This document shows, in pieces, positions 23,159 to 35,600 of a DNA stretch of 64,000 nt. The first letter of the stretch is position 1, and each line of letters opens with the position of its first letter. A model generated the notes under the pieces. The model was not told the origin of the DNA. It did no database searches and was given only the letters and a program-made list of their open reading frames with translations. Source of the stretch: Phoronis australis (lineage: Eukaryota > Animalia > Phoronida); NCBI GenBank assembly GCA_002633005.1, contig NMRA01000015.1:852127-916126 (forward strand), in the 5' to 3' direction. Both the position numbers and the translations under genes were made by a program.

Positions 23159-26100
23159 GGAAGTGACAAATGAAGAAACAACATATTTTTCAGCGCTAAA
23201 CGATATCCAGAAGTGTTGTTTTCACACCAGTCTACAGGGGGCGAAACCGTACCTGTCATTAAGCATGTAGTCACCAGAGAAACAGAGTGGGTGAGACTAA
23301 GGCCTCTTCTTGCAAATAATAGTCCCATTAGCGATAAGGCATTGCTGTAGTATATGTACCTATAGCAGGAAGAAGACAATAATCCAGTCATAAATACACA
23401 TACATATATGAACAACCTGTAGCCAGCTCGAATTAGGTTTATTTATCACCTCAGAATGAGACATAGTAACAATTCCTTCGAAATTATTTAATAAAATTAT
23501 TTGTTGATGATTTAATCTAAAGCGTTCTTTATTTAAACAAAAGCGACTCTCGAAAAGGTATTACTTTAAAACCAATCAAAATCTCTATGCACCCTAACGT
23601 TCTAGGAGCATTGTGCCATTATCCCTGTCTGTCCGTCCGTCCTTCTATTCGTCCGTCCTTTCGTCCGGCATCCATTTATGCGGTGTCTGCTGCTGCATCT
23701 CCAAAACCCCTAGTTCAGATATGTTCCTGTCGTGGATGATACGGCGTAATCGAATTTTCCGAGGGATCCGATTAACGGTGTGCCCCCTAGTGGCAATTCA
23801 TGCCAAGATTTGTACGATGACACTTGGCTTACCGCAAAATCCAGCTGCTGCCTGGTGGTTTGGTAATTGGCCCACTTATGTTGTACACCCATCAGAATTT
23901 ATTGGAAACGTAGTATTGCAACATTAAACAAATATTTTAGGTTGAAAAAGTCAAATTTCTTGTCCAACTTTGAAAATTCCCGGCGAGACCTAATCACGTC
24001 CGCCGTTCACGAACTATTCAAACATGCTGTTTGCAAACTTTCAAAATGCCATTGTCGCTCCTAATGTGTTTATGATGGTCTTATCATCTGGAGAACGGTA
24101 GCATCAGCAGCCAGAAGCGATTTAATTAACCACAACAGCATTGTGTCTTTGATCTGAACCGGCAAATTCCGTGGTGCGCAAACCCGCGGTCGAGCTGTTC
24201 AATCTTGACTGATAAGGGTGTCAACGTGGGATTCTTTTCATGTTTGTTTTTTACGTCTGCCCTGGTAACTGCGGAGCTTATTGACGGATCTTCATGAAAT
24301 TTGCCAAGTACATGTACGTATAGACACAGCCTGCATTCCCGTTTTCGGATGGATTCAGCGTATTCTGTGCCAGCTGACCATTTTCTAACCATTTAACCCA
24401 TTAGGGTTATTTTGCGCCCGCTTCTTTATGCGCCAAACTATTCAGGTGATCATTACGAAAATGGGAGTATGTGTATCTACTAGGAGATCACGACTGAGGA
24501 CGATTTGTAGACGTCTTTGCCTATTACGGCACCCTCGTTTGGTTATATTTTGAAATAACGTTTGCTACGCCATATAAATCGGTAAATAAAACAACAAGAA
24601 TGGATCAACTGAAATTTGAAATTTTCGGATGTAACAACTTCCTTTATCAACAAAAACGCCATATGCAACGAACACGTGACTAAACCATGTTGAATCTCAA
24701 AACGTATGTCACGGCCGCCATTAACCCTTGTAAAATTTCAACATGGTATCTTTATCGTAATGATGTGCTTTTTGGTAAAAATTAAAATGGCAACACTTCT
24801 GAATATCAGGTCACGACCTTTTGCGAGATTGTAATGATAACTGGCTCTCGGGTACGTGGTTCCGGCAAAAGAGAAGACGCAGGGTTGTTTGTAAATTGTA
24901 CTTCCTTTGCATATTCACAATGTAATGAGACCATGCATCTGTAATATGTGCATCGATTAGGACGGGTTGGTTACAATCTGGTATGGGCTCACTTACGCGT
25001 CGGGGTAACAAAATTCCAAATGTTAGCGTAGGAGTTGTCTCATGTTTGATCATGTTACAAAACAAATTACAAAATTGCAAAATATACATATGCAAATAAA
25101 GGTTTAATTCACAGGCAAAGTGGGCAATCAAATGTACCAGTTTCTTAAAACTCTTGGTTTTAAAATATGTTAATTAAATCTAGTCAAAGGCTAGACAAAG
25201 TCGAATGTTCAAGACTTACCTACTGCTGTATAGATTCTGTAGACAATTGCATTAACCCGAAACGCGGAGTATATGTACAAAATGCATGAAGAATTGCACG
25301 CGTAGCATTCAAATTCTGTGCATGCTGTTTAAAAAATAAACATTAAATTCGTGTGAATCATAAATTGTTAATGTTTAAGTGTAAATCTATAACTAGAAGA
25401 ACAGATATGCACATGAACTATAATGATGTCGGAAGAAATGCGTTTTAACAAGTTTAGTTAATTTCTTACAATCTCTACTGAAGCACCGATTTTCGACTGG
25501 AGGAAAACGCATTTGGTTGTTTTATAAGAGCATTTGCATAGCCTTTGTAAGGTGAGCACCTTGACTAGAAAGAGGACTAGTATGAAGGTTGGTTGACAAT
25601 AGAAGAACCGACACAGAACCTGCGACGGATGATTGTATAAATCACTTGTGAGGTACGACTTTTAATAGCCTTGACACATGCACTTGACGCTTTTTGTCCC
25701 CGTACTACGGGGTACTATTTTTAATTATTTGAAAATTCTTCATGATATTTATAAGTAGTTCCGTGTTAAGTTGATACCAAGTAATACATAAATATCCGGC
25801 TGTTTCTTATATGTGCTTAATCACAAATTTCTGCTGTTAGAAATTACCTGCTATGCGATTAAACACACGATTATTTTCCAAATAGTCAATTAATCAACCC
25901 ATAAACGGGGTTTAAAGTCGATGCATTGAATACGTCATACATATAACACTTGTTTGTACATCAAATGTTAATCCGCACACGCCAAAACTACGATCGCGTG
26001 AAGCCATTTTTCTGCAGAAATGATACCGTGAATATGACAGCACGGAAATCAAAAGAACTTATTCACTCGAAGATTAGATGTTTAGCCGCCAAATCTGCAT

Positions 26101-27885
26101 TTTCCACCTAGCTGTGAAATCGTGAATTAAGGTAGTCGCTTGGCTCATTGGCTGGCATTCAGGTCACTATTAGTTATAATATGGCATCATTAAGGTTATC
26201 TCAAACCTTATTTAGTATTTCAAAAACTAAGCTTTGTCAACTAGTAAAAGTATATAGAATTATTTTCTGAAAGGAAAGATCAGGAAATACAAAAATTTGT
26301 CTTGCATTTATGTACCATTATTATTATTACGTTAACACGTTTTTAAGTCAAAATTTCATTTTCAAGAAAGCTACACTCATAGCAAAATAATCCCTCGGTC
26401 GATTTTAATGAAAGCTTTTTTAAATGAAAACTTCACCATATATCTCAAAAACCCTGGAATTTTCGATTAGTCTTTTGTTTGGTTTCTATGACAAATCAAC
26501 TCGCAAACATTTTGTAGGAAATAGAAGTCGTATTCGCCTTTGTTACATTACGCAAAAACTAGGTCTTTATATTGAAAATCCTAATATCATTTATGTGACT
26601 GATGAGTAAATATTAAGTTCGGAAAGTTTCAGAGAAATCCATCAAGCGGTTTTTGAGAACTCGTGTTCCTAAGTTCAAATAAAGTCGATGTGCCGAAGCC
26701 GAGAAACAGCCGATTAAACTGGGTGAAATCTCAAAGTCTTTGGTTAATTATTCAGTGAAAACTTGTTTTCGTTCAATATAACCTATACATGCCAAAACCA
26801 TGTTAGCTATTTCAACATTCACTCACAAGGTCAACTGAATTGGCAGTGCGTAATTAACTTAATTAGCATTAAAACGTACCGACCCAGCCACGAGTTGGGA
26901 TCAACTGTTACTGTCGTTTGACCTACATAAAAGTAGGTCACTGTTAATTGTTATACACATAGTTTGTACACGTCACGTGCCAGGAGACTGATACGAAAGC
27001 AAGTAAGAAATGGATACCAAAATATCGAGTCGGTGGTTAAAGCATGTCGTTAGCACGAGATCGAAACAGCGAAATGTCAATTTACACGAACTAAGGAATT
27101 TGAGTGAGGACAACTTGCTGTGCTCCTAACCACAGAGGCGTGAGGCAATTCGTAGCATTTGTTCTCAACCGTGACGGTCGTATGCATGTAGACGCACAAA
27201 ACTACGTTTTGTCTTTGTCTTTGTTTTCTGCGGTACCGTCCTATCATAAGTACTCATCGTTGAAACGTCTATCAGTAGAAATAATACGCCGCATGATAAC
27301 TGCTCGCAAATCAATTTCTTCAAAAAGTTTTTCACAGGAAAATTCGACTTTTTACTTTTCGGTTTTCACTCCGCCACTTTCAATTTTTACCCAGCGGTGT
27401 GCTCATGAAATAAAGCATTCACTTTGCTCATTGGTTGGCATTCGGGTCGTTTGATGAGATCATTAGGTAAAAAACTGAGGGTAAGGTGTGGCAGACGATT
27501 TGATTCGTTGTTATTAGAGGAAGGTAAAAAGAGGCGAAATGTAACCGGTAAGACCATTTGCGGTTTGTAAAGTCTCAAGGGAATTTGATTTGATTGGTAT
27601 AAACACACTGAACAAGAATTTTCCTCCCATTATGTCCATTCCACCAATCGTCAGATGGCGCTTCAGCTGAGCATTGGCAAAGATGGCAGACGACTCGATA
27701 TGTCGCTGATCGAAATATTTCCGGATTAAGCCGTTTATGGTTTCATAATACCTAAAGGAATTTGATTTAGTTAGTCCTAGCTCACTCAACAAGTATTTTG
27801 TCCCCATGTTCGGAATTTCTTCTGATTCACGCCCATTTCTCGCAATTTACATTTCTCAGTGTGTTTACTGGTTAATGCATACATC

Positions 27886-30796
27886 ATTACTCTGCGCGTG
27901 TAAGAGCAGAGTACTGTTGTTCCTGGGTTTTCTTCAATTTTATTCTTATTACTCTGCGCGTGTAAGCGCAGAGTACTGTTGTTCCTGGGTTTTCTTCCAT
28001 TTTATTCTTATTCTTATTCTTCTTATTCTTATTCTTCTTATTCTTCTTCCGACCAACTTTGAGGCTTAATAACTCCAAATTGGTTGCAGGTACGGTCTTT
28101 AAATTCAGCATATGACCTTTGATAGTATATAAATTTTGATTGATTATATAATCATATTCCATATTGCACCGGAAGGGGTCATTTGGTGCAAAGGTCATAT
28201 AATTTTCAAAATGCTACTGCTCCTTCAGTTTTAAAGCTATCTTTTTCAAATTCGGTGCACAGGTAAAGGTCAACATGACAATTTAAAAAATTACTTTTCT
28301 AAGTAATCGGGTCATCCAATCAGGTGAAACAGGTCAAAGGTCATTAGGTGCAAACTAAAATTTTGAGCTAGACACTTCAAATTAGCAGGTCTGATTGCCA
28401 CAGGTAAATCAAATCGGAATCCAAAGTTTCAGGTCATTTAGTGCAAACATGGGGTCATTAGGTGCATTTTTTTCTGAAAATTTGACCTTTTCATTCTCCA
28501 AATACACTGATGTGTCAACCGTTAGACAACTGTGATTCTCAGCATTAAACACATTTTTCATGGGCTTTGCAGTAATTCTAAAGACGCTTATAATGCACCG
28601 GATAGGGTCAATTAGTGCAAAGGTCAGTTAACGTTCAAAATGTTAAATCTCTTACGTTTTTCAAGGAATTCTTTTCAATTTCAGCACACTAGTGTATGTC
28701 AACATGCCAATTGAACGACCTACTTAACTACGCAATAGGCCTAACCAATCAGAAAAAATAGGTCAAAGGTCATTGAGTGCAAAATTAAAATTTTGAGCTA
28801 GAGACTTCAAAATTACATATCTGTTTACTAAACGCGATTGAGTTTGAATTCTAAATTTTTGGGTCATTTGGTGCATCCATGGGGTCATTAGGTGCATTTT
28901 TCTTCTGAAAGTTTGACCAATTCATTCATGTTGTATTCTTAAGTGCTTAAAGCAAAACACCTGTGATTCTTAGCATTAACTATACTTTAAATTGGTTGTA
29001 CAATTATTCCCTCACTGGGGTTCATAATGCACGGGAAGAGGTCAGTTAGTGGAAAGGTCATCAAAACATCAACATGAAATTACTCCTACAATTTTAAAGA
29101 ATTTCTTTTCATATTGGTAAACGGGGTTGCTGTCAGTAACTTCCCATAACAATTCCTTTAATACACACGCACAGAGTCCATTATTGTCACGCCGTGACAA
29201 TAATCTTTCTAGTTATTATTCTTATTCTTCTTATTCTTCTTCCGACCAAATTTGAGGCTTAATAACTCCAAACTGGGTACAGGTACGGTCTTTAAATTCA
29301 GCATATGAATTTTGACGGTATATAAATTTTGATTGGTTATATAATCATATTCCATATTGCACCGGAAGAGGTCGTTTTATGCAAAGGTCATATAATTTTC
29401 AAAATGCTACTCCTCCTTCAGTTTCAAAGCTATCTTTTTCAAATTCGGTGCACAGGTATATGTCAACATGACAATTTAAAAATTTACTTTTCTAAGTAAT
29501 CGGGTCATCCAATCAGGTGAAATAGGTCAAAGGTCATTAGGTGTAAACTAGAATTTTGAGCTAGACACTTCAAATTGACAGGTCTGATTGCCACAGGTAA
29601 ATCAAATCGGAATCCAAAGTTTCAGGTCATTTAGTGCAAACATGGGGTCACTAGGTGCATTTTTCTTCTGAAAATTTGACCTTTTCAATCAGCAAGTATT
29701 CTGATGTGTCAACCGTTAGACAACTGTGATTCTCAGCGTTAAACACTTTTTTCATGGGCTTTGCAATAATTCTCTTAAAGATGCTTAAAATGCACCGGAT
29801 AAGGTCAATTAGTGCAAAGATCATGTAACGTTCAAAATGTTATATCTCTTACGTTTTTCAAGGAATTCTTTTCAATTTCAGCACACTGGTGTAAGTCAAC
29901 ATGCCAATTAAATACCCTACTTTACTTCGCAATAGACCTAACCAATCAGAAAAAATAGGTCAAAGGTCATTGAGTGCAAACTAAAATTTTGAGCTAGAGA
30001 CTTCAGAATTACGTATCTGTTTACTAAGTGCGATTGAGTATGAATTCTTAATTTTCAGGTCATTTGGCGCACCCATGGGGTCATTAGGTGCATTTTTCTT
30101 CTGAAAATTTGACCTTTTCAATCAGCAAGTAGTCTGATGTGTCAACCGTTAGACAACTGTGGTTCTCAGCGTTAAACACACTTTCCATGGGCTTTGCAAT
30201 AATTATCCTAAAGATGCTTAAAATGCAGCGGATAAGGTCAATTAGTGCAAAGGTCATGTAACGTTCAACATGTTATATCTCTTACGTTTTTCAAGGAATT
30301 CTTTTCAGATTCAGCACACTGCCAATTGAACAACCTACTTAACTACGCAATAGGCTTAACCAATCAGAAAAAATAGGTCAAAGGTCATTGAGTGCAAAAT
30401 CAAAATTTTGAGCTAGTGACTTCAAAATTACATATCAATTTTTGGGTCATTTGGTGCACCCATGGGGTCATTAGGTGAATTTTTCTTCTGGAAGTTTGAC
30501 CAATTCATTCATGTTGTATTCTTAAGAGCTTAAAGTAAAACATCTGTGATTCTTAGCATTGCCAACACTTTAAATTGGTTTTACAATTATTCCCTCACCG
30601 GGGTTCATAATGCACCGGAAGAGGTCAGTTAGTGGAAAGGTCATCAAAATATTAACATGTAATTTCTCCTACAATTTTAAAGAATTCCTTTTCATATTGG
30701 TAACGGGATTGCTGTTAGTAACTTCCCATAACAATTCCTTTAATACGCACTCGCAGAGTTCATTATTGTCACGCCGTGACAATAAACTTTCTAGTT
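27886..30796 (+). mobile_element. Two nested non-autonomous Helentron/DINE-1-like rolling-circle elements
   Basis: Two heads ACTCTGCGCGTGTAAG..GCAGAGTA (~27889, ~27951), a TTC/TTA microsatellite and internal tandem subrepeats. Two tails each carry the complementary sub-TIR, the perfect hairpin TTATTGTCACG-C-CGTGACAATAA and CTAGTT (~29213, ~30796). Confidence 0.75.
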
Positions 30797-31605
30797 GAAC
30801 TTGCAGTTTTTTCTCTCCTCTGAGGAAAGAAATGAAGTTGTGAGCCATTTCCCCTCAAAAGCGCTACACATGATCACAGCACTTTATTCTGTCTTGCATT
30901 TTTTGGCCCTTCCACTTCTACGAATAGGAAAGCAAGCCTCCGAAAAAGGCGGTAAAACTCAAAATTAACAGTTACATGTAGTCTAGCCCGAAACCACCAT
31001 TGCCCTGCTAGTGCTCAACACGGATCATCACCTAGCTTCTAAACGCACAGTTACTACAAATTCCAGAAATGTGGTCTAAAACTGTTGCTAACCAGATTTT
31101 TTTGCAATTCTGGGTTGTTTAAGGTGACCATCTGTAATTGCATTAGGTTACTCAGTCGCAATGCCACAAGGCCATAGGGGACGCCATTTTGAAGAATATT
31201 GTTTCTAAAGCCAAACTAACAGACCTTTGTCCTTCACAACATTCCAGAATACAAGTGAACCAGAGTCACTGAATCTATTTGTAACGTACACCTCGCAAAC
31301 TGCCGCCAAACCTGGCCTACCACGAGATATTGATCTATAGCCGGGGAGTTCAAATTGGCCGCCAGCGCCTCTTACTCTGTAGTGCTACCTTTCATTGACT
31401 CATGCCGAGATGTCGCACTCAGCAAGAATTCTAGAGCATTGCTGGACGATTAAGTTGCCTCCATGTAAGGTTTTCGACAATTTCTTTCGTTTGTGATTTC
31501 TCACTGCCCTAACCAATGTTACAAGGAACTATAAAGAACTAAAACAGACCTTGGAGCGATTTGGTGGTCGTTGTTTGCGTCATTTTATGTCTTTTCTAAT
31601 CTTTT

Positions 31606-31908
31606 GATAATCTTATGGCCTATGGCATGGGCGGCGCCGCCCCATGTAATGTACGTTATGAAGTCAAGGGTAGAGTTCAGTAACACTAGTATCTACGCTA
31701 TTAAAAAGCAAGAGTTCGCGACATTACGTGAGATCAGTGTATTTTAAATGAGAACANGATAATCTTATGGCCTATGGCATGGGCGGCGCCGCCCCATGTA
31801 ATGTACGTTATGAAGTCAAGGGTAGAGTTCAATAACACTAGTATCTACGCTATTAAAAAGCAAGAGTTCGCGACATTACGTGAGATCAGTGTATTTTAAA
31901 TGAGAACA
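31606..31908. other. 151-bp direct duplication joined by a single N; probable assembly overlap artefact
   Basis: 31606-31756 repeated at 31758-31908 with N at 31757. Confidence 0.75.
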
Positions 31909-31984
31909 GTGATTTTGGCTAGATTTTTCTAGTCGCAAGACAGCTACTGAACTCTACCAAGGAATGTGCCCTTTCGCACACGTT

Positions 31985-32613
31985 TCACGTTGCTTTGTTG
32001 TGTTCCACTAAGGGTCCGGTAAGAGGTGTATCATGTCCACGTCCCACTTGGTGTTCTGCACTTTTTCCTGATGAAATATTACCAACATCCACAGATTTAC
32101 GCAAACTTGTATTCTGCTTCTTTAAAATAGCGCTTTTTCTTTTACTTGCAGTATTTGAACCTATCACAATATTCAGGTCTGTAAGGTTCACACGCGTTTT
32201 CTTTGCTACTTTCCACGAATACAAGCAACTGAAGCCAATTTGGCGTTGTGTAGGCCTGTTGGGACTCGTTGATAAACGACTAGGTGAGTTCCTACGGCAA
32301 TGGCTGGGTTCGACAGGACGGAAAAGCGCAAGCTTTGGATTTGTGCAGCATAAGTCCTTAATAGGCAAAATTCCGTTGTCGTCCTGTGGCTTTGTTTCCT
32401 CTGACGAACTGACATGATCACCAGAAAGTTTTACAAGTTCTTGCTTGGTACAAGCCCTGTTCAAGTTGTTGTATGCAACAGGGATCAAAGGCAGTTCCCG
32501 CGAGTCCCTCTTTCTCTGTTTGTTGTGCGCAGCCCTTTGTATACCGGTCAATTGATGTTGACGTCGGTGAATTACCACTTTCTTTATGGGAGATCCGTCA
32601 TTAATGCGTGTTT
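31985..32613 (-). CDS. HUNK: HUNK-like kinase last coding exon (basic, low-complexity tail)
   Basis: TTCTAG|AAACA; in frame with ORF 31985-32578; TGA at 31985-31987. Confidence 0.7.
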
Positions 32614-35600
32614 CTAGAATATAAAATTGAGAAATTTAAAACTTTATTCGTCCCCTAAAACGTAGTGTAAGTATGTAGTATATTATACGACAGTGTTTGC
32701 GTCACTTCATTTATAGTCGCAACGGAAACACATAATTTGTCCCGTGTGGCATCACATACTACCCTTGGCACTCACAGTGAAAGGTAACACTGTCGAATGG
32801 CTTCTCATTGGTTAAAGGAGAATGCCACCCGATTTAATTAGTCTTTTTTGCCGTCTTAATCGGTCTATATCCACTTCGCCTCGCATACGGTCGATCTTAC
32901 CTTGCCAAGAGGTGTCGCGTTAACCTGTGAGGAAGGTGAGAAACGACGCTAGAGACGTCAGTGGTTCATATGCAGAGTGAATGCCGCTATGTTGCGGTGC
33001 ATCGTTCCCGCTTGTCTGAACTAAGCAGCTGCGAGGAAACCGGGTATATCGTTTTTTTTTACTTCCTCGAGAGTCCGAAATGCTTAGGAAGTGGCTCATG
33101 GTAGTGAAGAACCGGAAAAGTACGCTTTAAATAGCAAGTATGAGGCCGTGAAACATATCCGTGTCTGTGGCCTGCAGACGTCGACAGTGCCTGACGAATG
33201 CCGGCTTACCAAATAACTCCATACGTTCCGTTGTCTGAGCTTGTTCACGGCGCCTCTCTAGTATTTCTTCAACACTGTATTCCTGTTCGAATTGATAGCC
33301 TGTAAAACTTAACGATCCACCTGCGAAGTCGGGATTGATGAGCTCTAGCTCGTCCTAAGTCGGGATTGCGACGGTTGCCATGTTGGCGTTTATTACTGAG
33401 CGTTCTGTTTCAAAATGCATTATTCTCCCCCTTCACTGCGTTACCGGCTTTACTGAGGTACAATAAAACTAACTGACGGGACACCGAGGCCGTGTGAGCT
33501 TATGCTAATTTAGTGTTTGCTGGCAGAAATTGTTGTGAAATAATCACAGCGTTATCGGCTTTAGGTGCAATAAAACTAATTGACGGGACACCGAGGCCGT
33601 GTGAGCTCATGCTAATTTAGTGTTTGCTGACAGAAACTGTTGTGAAACAACTCGATTTCCATCCCACGGCCAGGTGTTAGGGGAATCTTTATTTACATTC
33701 ACATTTATCAGTATGATTGTCAATGTACAACTTCTTCCCTGACCGTCCGTGCTGTGGCCAAAGTGGAACCTGAATGCGCGGCAACCAACAAGTAAGTAGA
33801 TTTGCAGTTACGAGTTTCGTGGCTAATTCACCATCATAATCACGTGCACATTACTTTGGCTCACTAGTATAGTATTTTCTTGACTGGAAGTTTAGTTTCC
33901 ACTGAACTTTAGCTGGTTTATGTTCGTGATGTCTGATCCGTTTCCGAGCCACTGGCCGGGATAACGCCGTCAATCCGGGCGGCCGCGACGGGCCTCATGG
34001 GCTCCGAGCCACTGGCCAGGATAACAACCGTTTTGTGTTTAGAACTCAAAAAGTCACAAGTCTACACAACACAGATTTAGATTCTCCTGTCTGTATCTCA
34101 CGGAAAATACTTCGAAATTATCTACGAACAGACCCCAAACTCCTCCTACGGACCTTATTGGCCTGCCGAACTGTTTGTAGGCTACGGTGTGTCCAAATAC
34201 CAATAAATCCGTAAGAGCGAAGTAAAAAAACACGTTTTTATAAGAACTGTATTTTTAAGGGTTTTACATCGAAGTTTGATGATTTATTGGTGTTAAACGA
34301 TGACTTCAATGGATAAGCTGATACCAGTAACCCTTGTTGTGAACTGCTGAACAGACTGCGAGTGAAACCGATGACGTCATTGGATAATTTCAACACCTCC
34401 GTCTGCCGTCAGGTGTCAGGTAACACAACCGTACGTGTCGTTATGGAGTGGAACTACTCGATCTAAATTGATACAAATTAGGTTGTTTTTTGGGTGGCAT
34501 GCTCCTTTAAAGTGATGAAGCCGACGTCATAACGTTCAGTCATTGTTGAAATCTGGGTCAGGGAACCCCCTTTCGGTTTACTGTTACGTTGTTTAGCGAC
34601 CACTCAACTTGAATCAGTTGCAGTTCATTAAAACGGGCAGTGGTCGAAGTAAACCAAATCAAAAGAACCCCGATCAAGTGACCTAAGCCTAAACAAGTAC
34701 ATTGCATAAAAGGCGTGTGCAAGGTTAGAGATGTAATCGGTAGACCAAGGCATGCGCATTGATGCAACCACACGGAATTCCGTGTGTCGTTCATCATGTT
34801 TCCACATGGCCACCTTTTAGTATAGGTGGCGCTGTGGTACAGGGCACATGGCATATTTGCGAATAATTCTACAGGAGCTGTTTTTTTTTCTGACCAGTGG
34901 GAACAAATAGTGATTCACACACTAGTTAAACGTACATGAATGCGCAGTGTTGTTAAATCAAGGTAAACAAACCTGGAGTTAGTTCATTTTCGCTGTCCGA
35001 CGTGTTAAGAGATTGTTTGCCCCTCTCGTTGCTTTTCGAACCATCATTCTTTGGGTTAGCGACTTCACTCGGACAAGTTTTTGTATCGAAGCCATTCTTG
35101 GCTGATTTAGTTGAGTCTGTGGTCTTTCCAAGGATGGGTGCAATTATTGCTGCTGGATTATTACAGTCGCACGAGGATGGCAGTGCAGGAGAGACAACTG
35201 GCTTGGCATTGTCTTGGCGATTTATACATGCACTGCTTTTCTTTTGCAAACGATTGTTTCTTGCTGACGTCCAATGGCTTCTGGGAGAATTTTCCGATTT
35301 TGGAAAAACCTAAAAAGGAACAATTAGTTGGCTAATGTTAATGTACAACTACGTAGCATAGTCTTGGGCACTATACAGTGGGTGAATAGTGTGGGGCACC
35401 AAAATGGAATCATAAATATTGACTACGGCTACGAATTAAAAAGGGTACATGTATCTTTGGCAACCCAGAGGTCATATTTTTGTATCATAAAGGTTTGAGA
35501 AATTCAACTGGACCATCGACAACTGCAAACCCTGCACTAAGGTTCCCTTGATTTAAAAATCCTCAATTATTACCCCTATTTCAGGCCTGTCCTCGGTATT

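Noticed and set aside
31606-31908. Tandem duplication in the kinase 3' region as a regulatory repeat
   Set aside because: The copies are joined by a single N, consistent with a scaffolding artefact.
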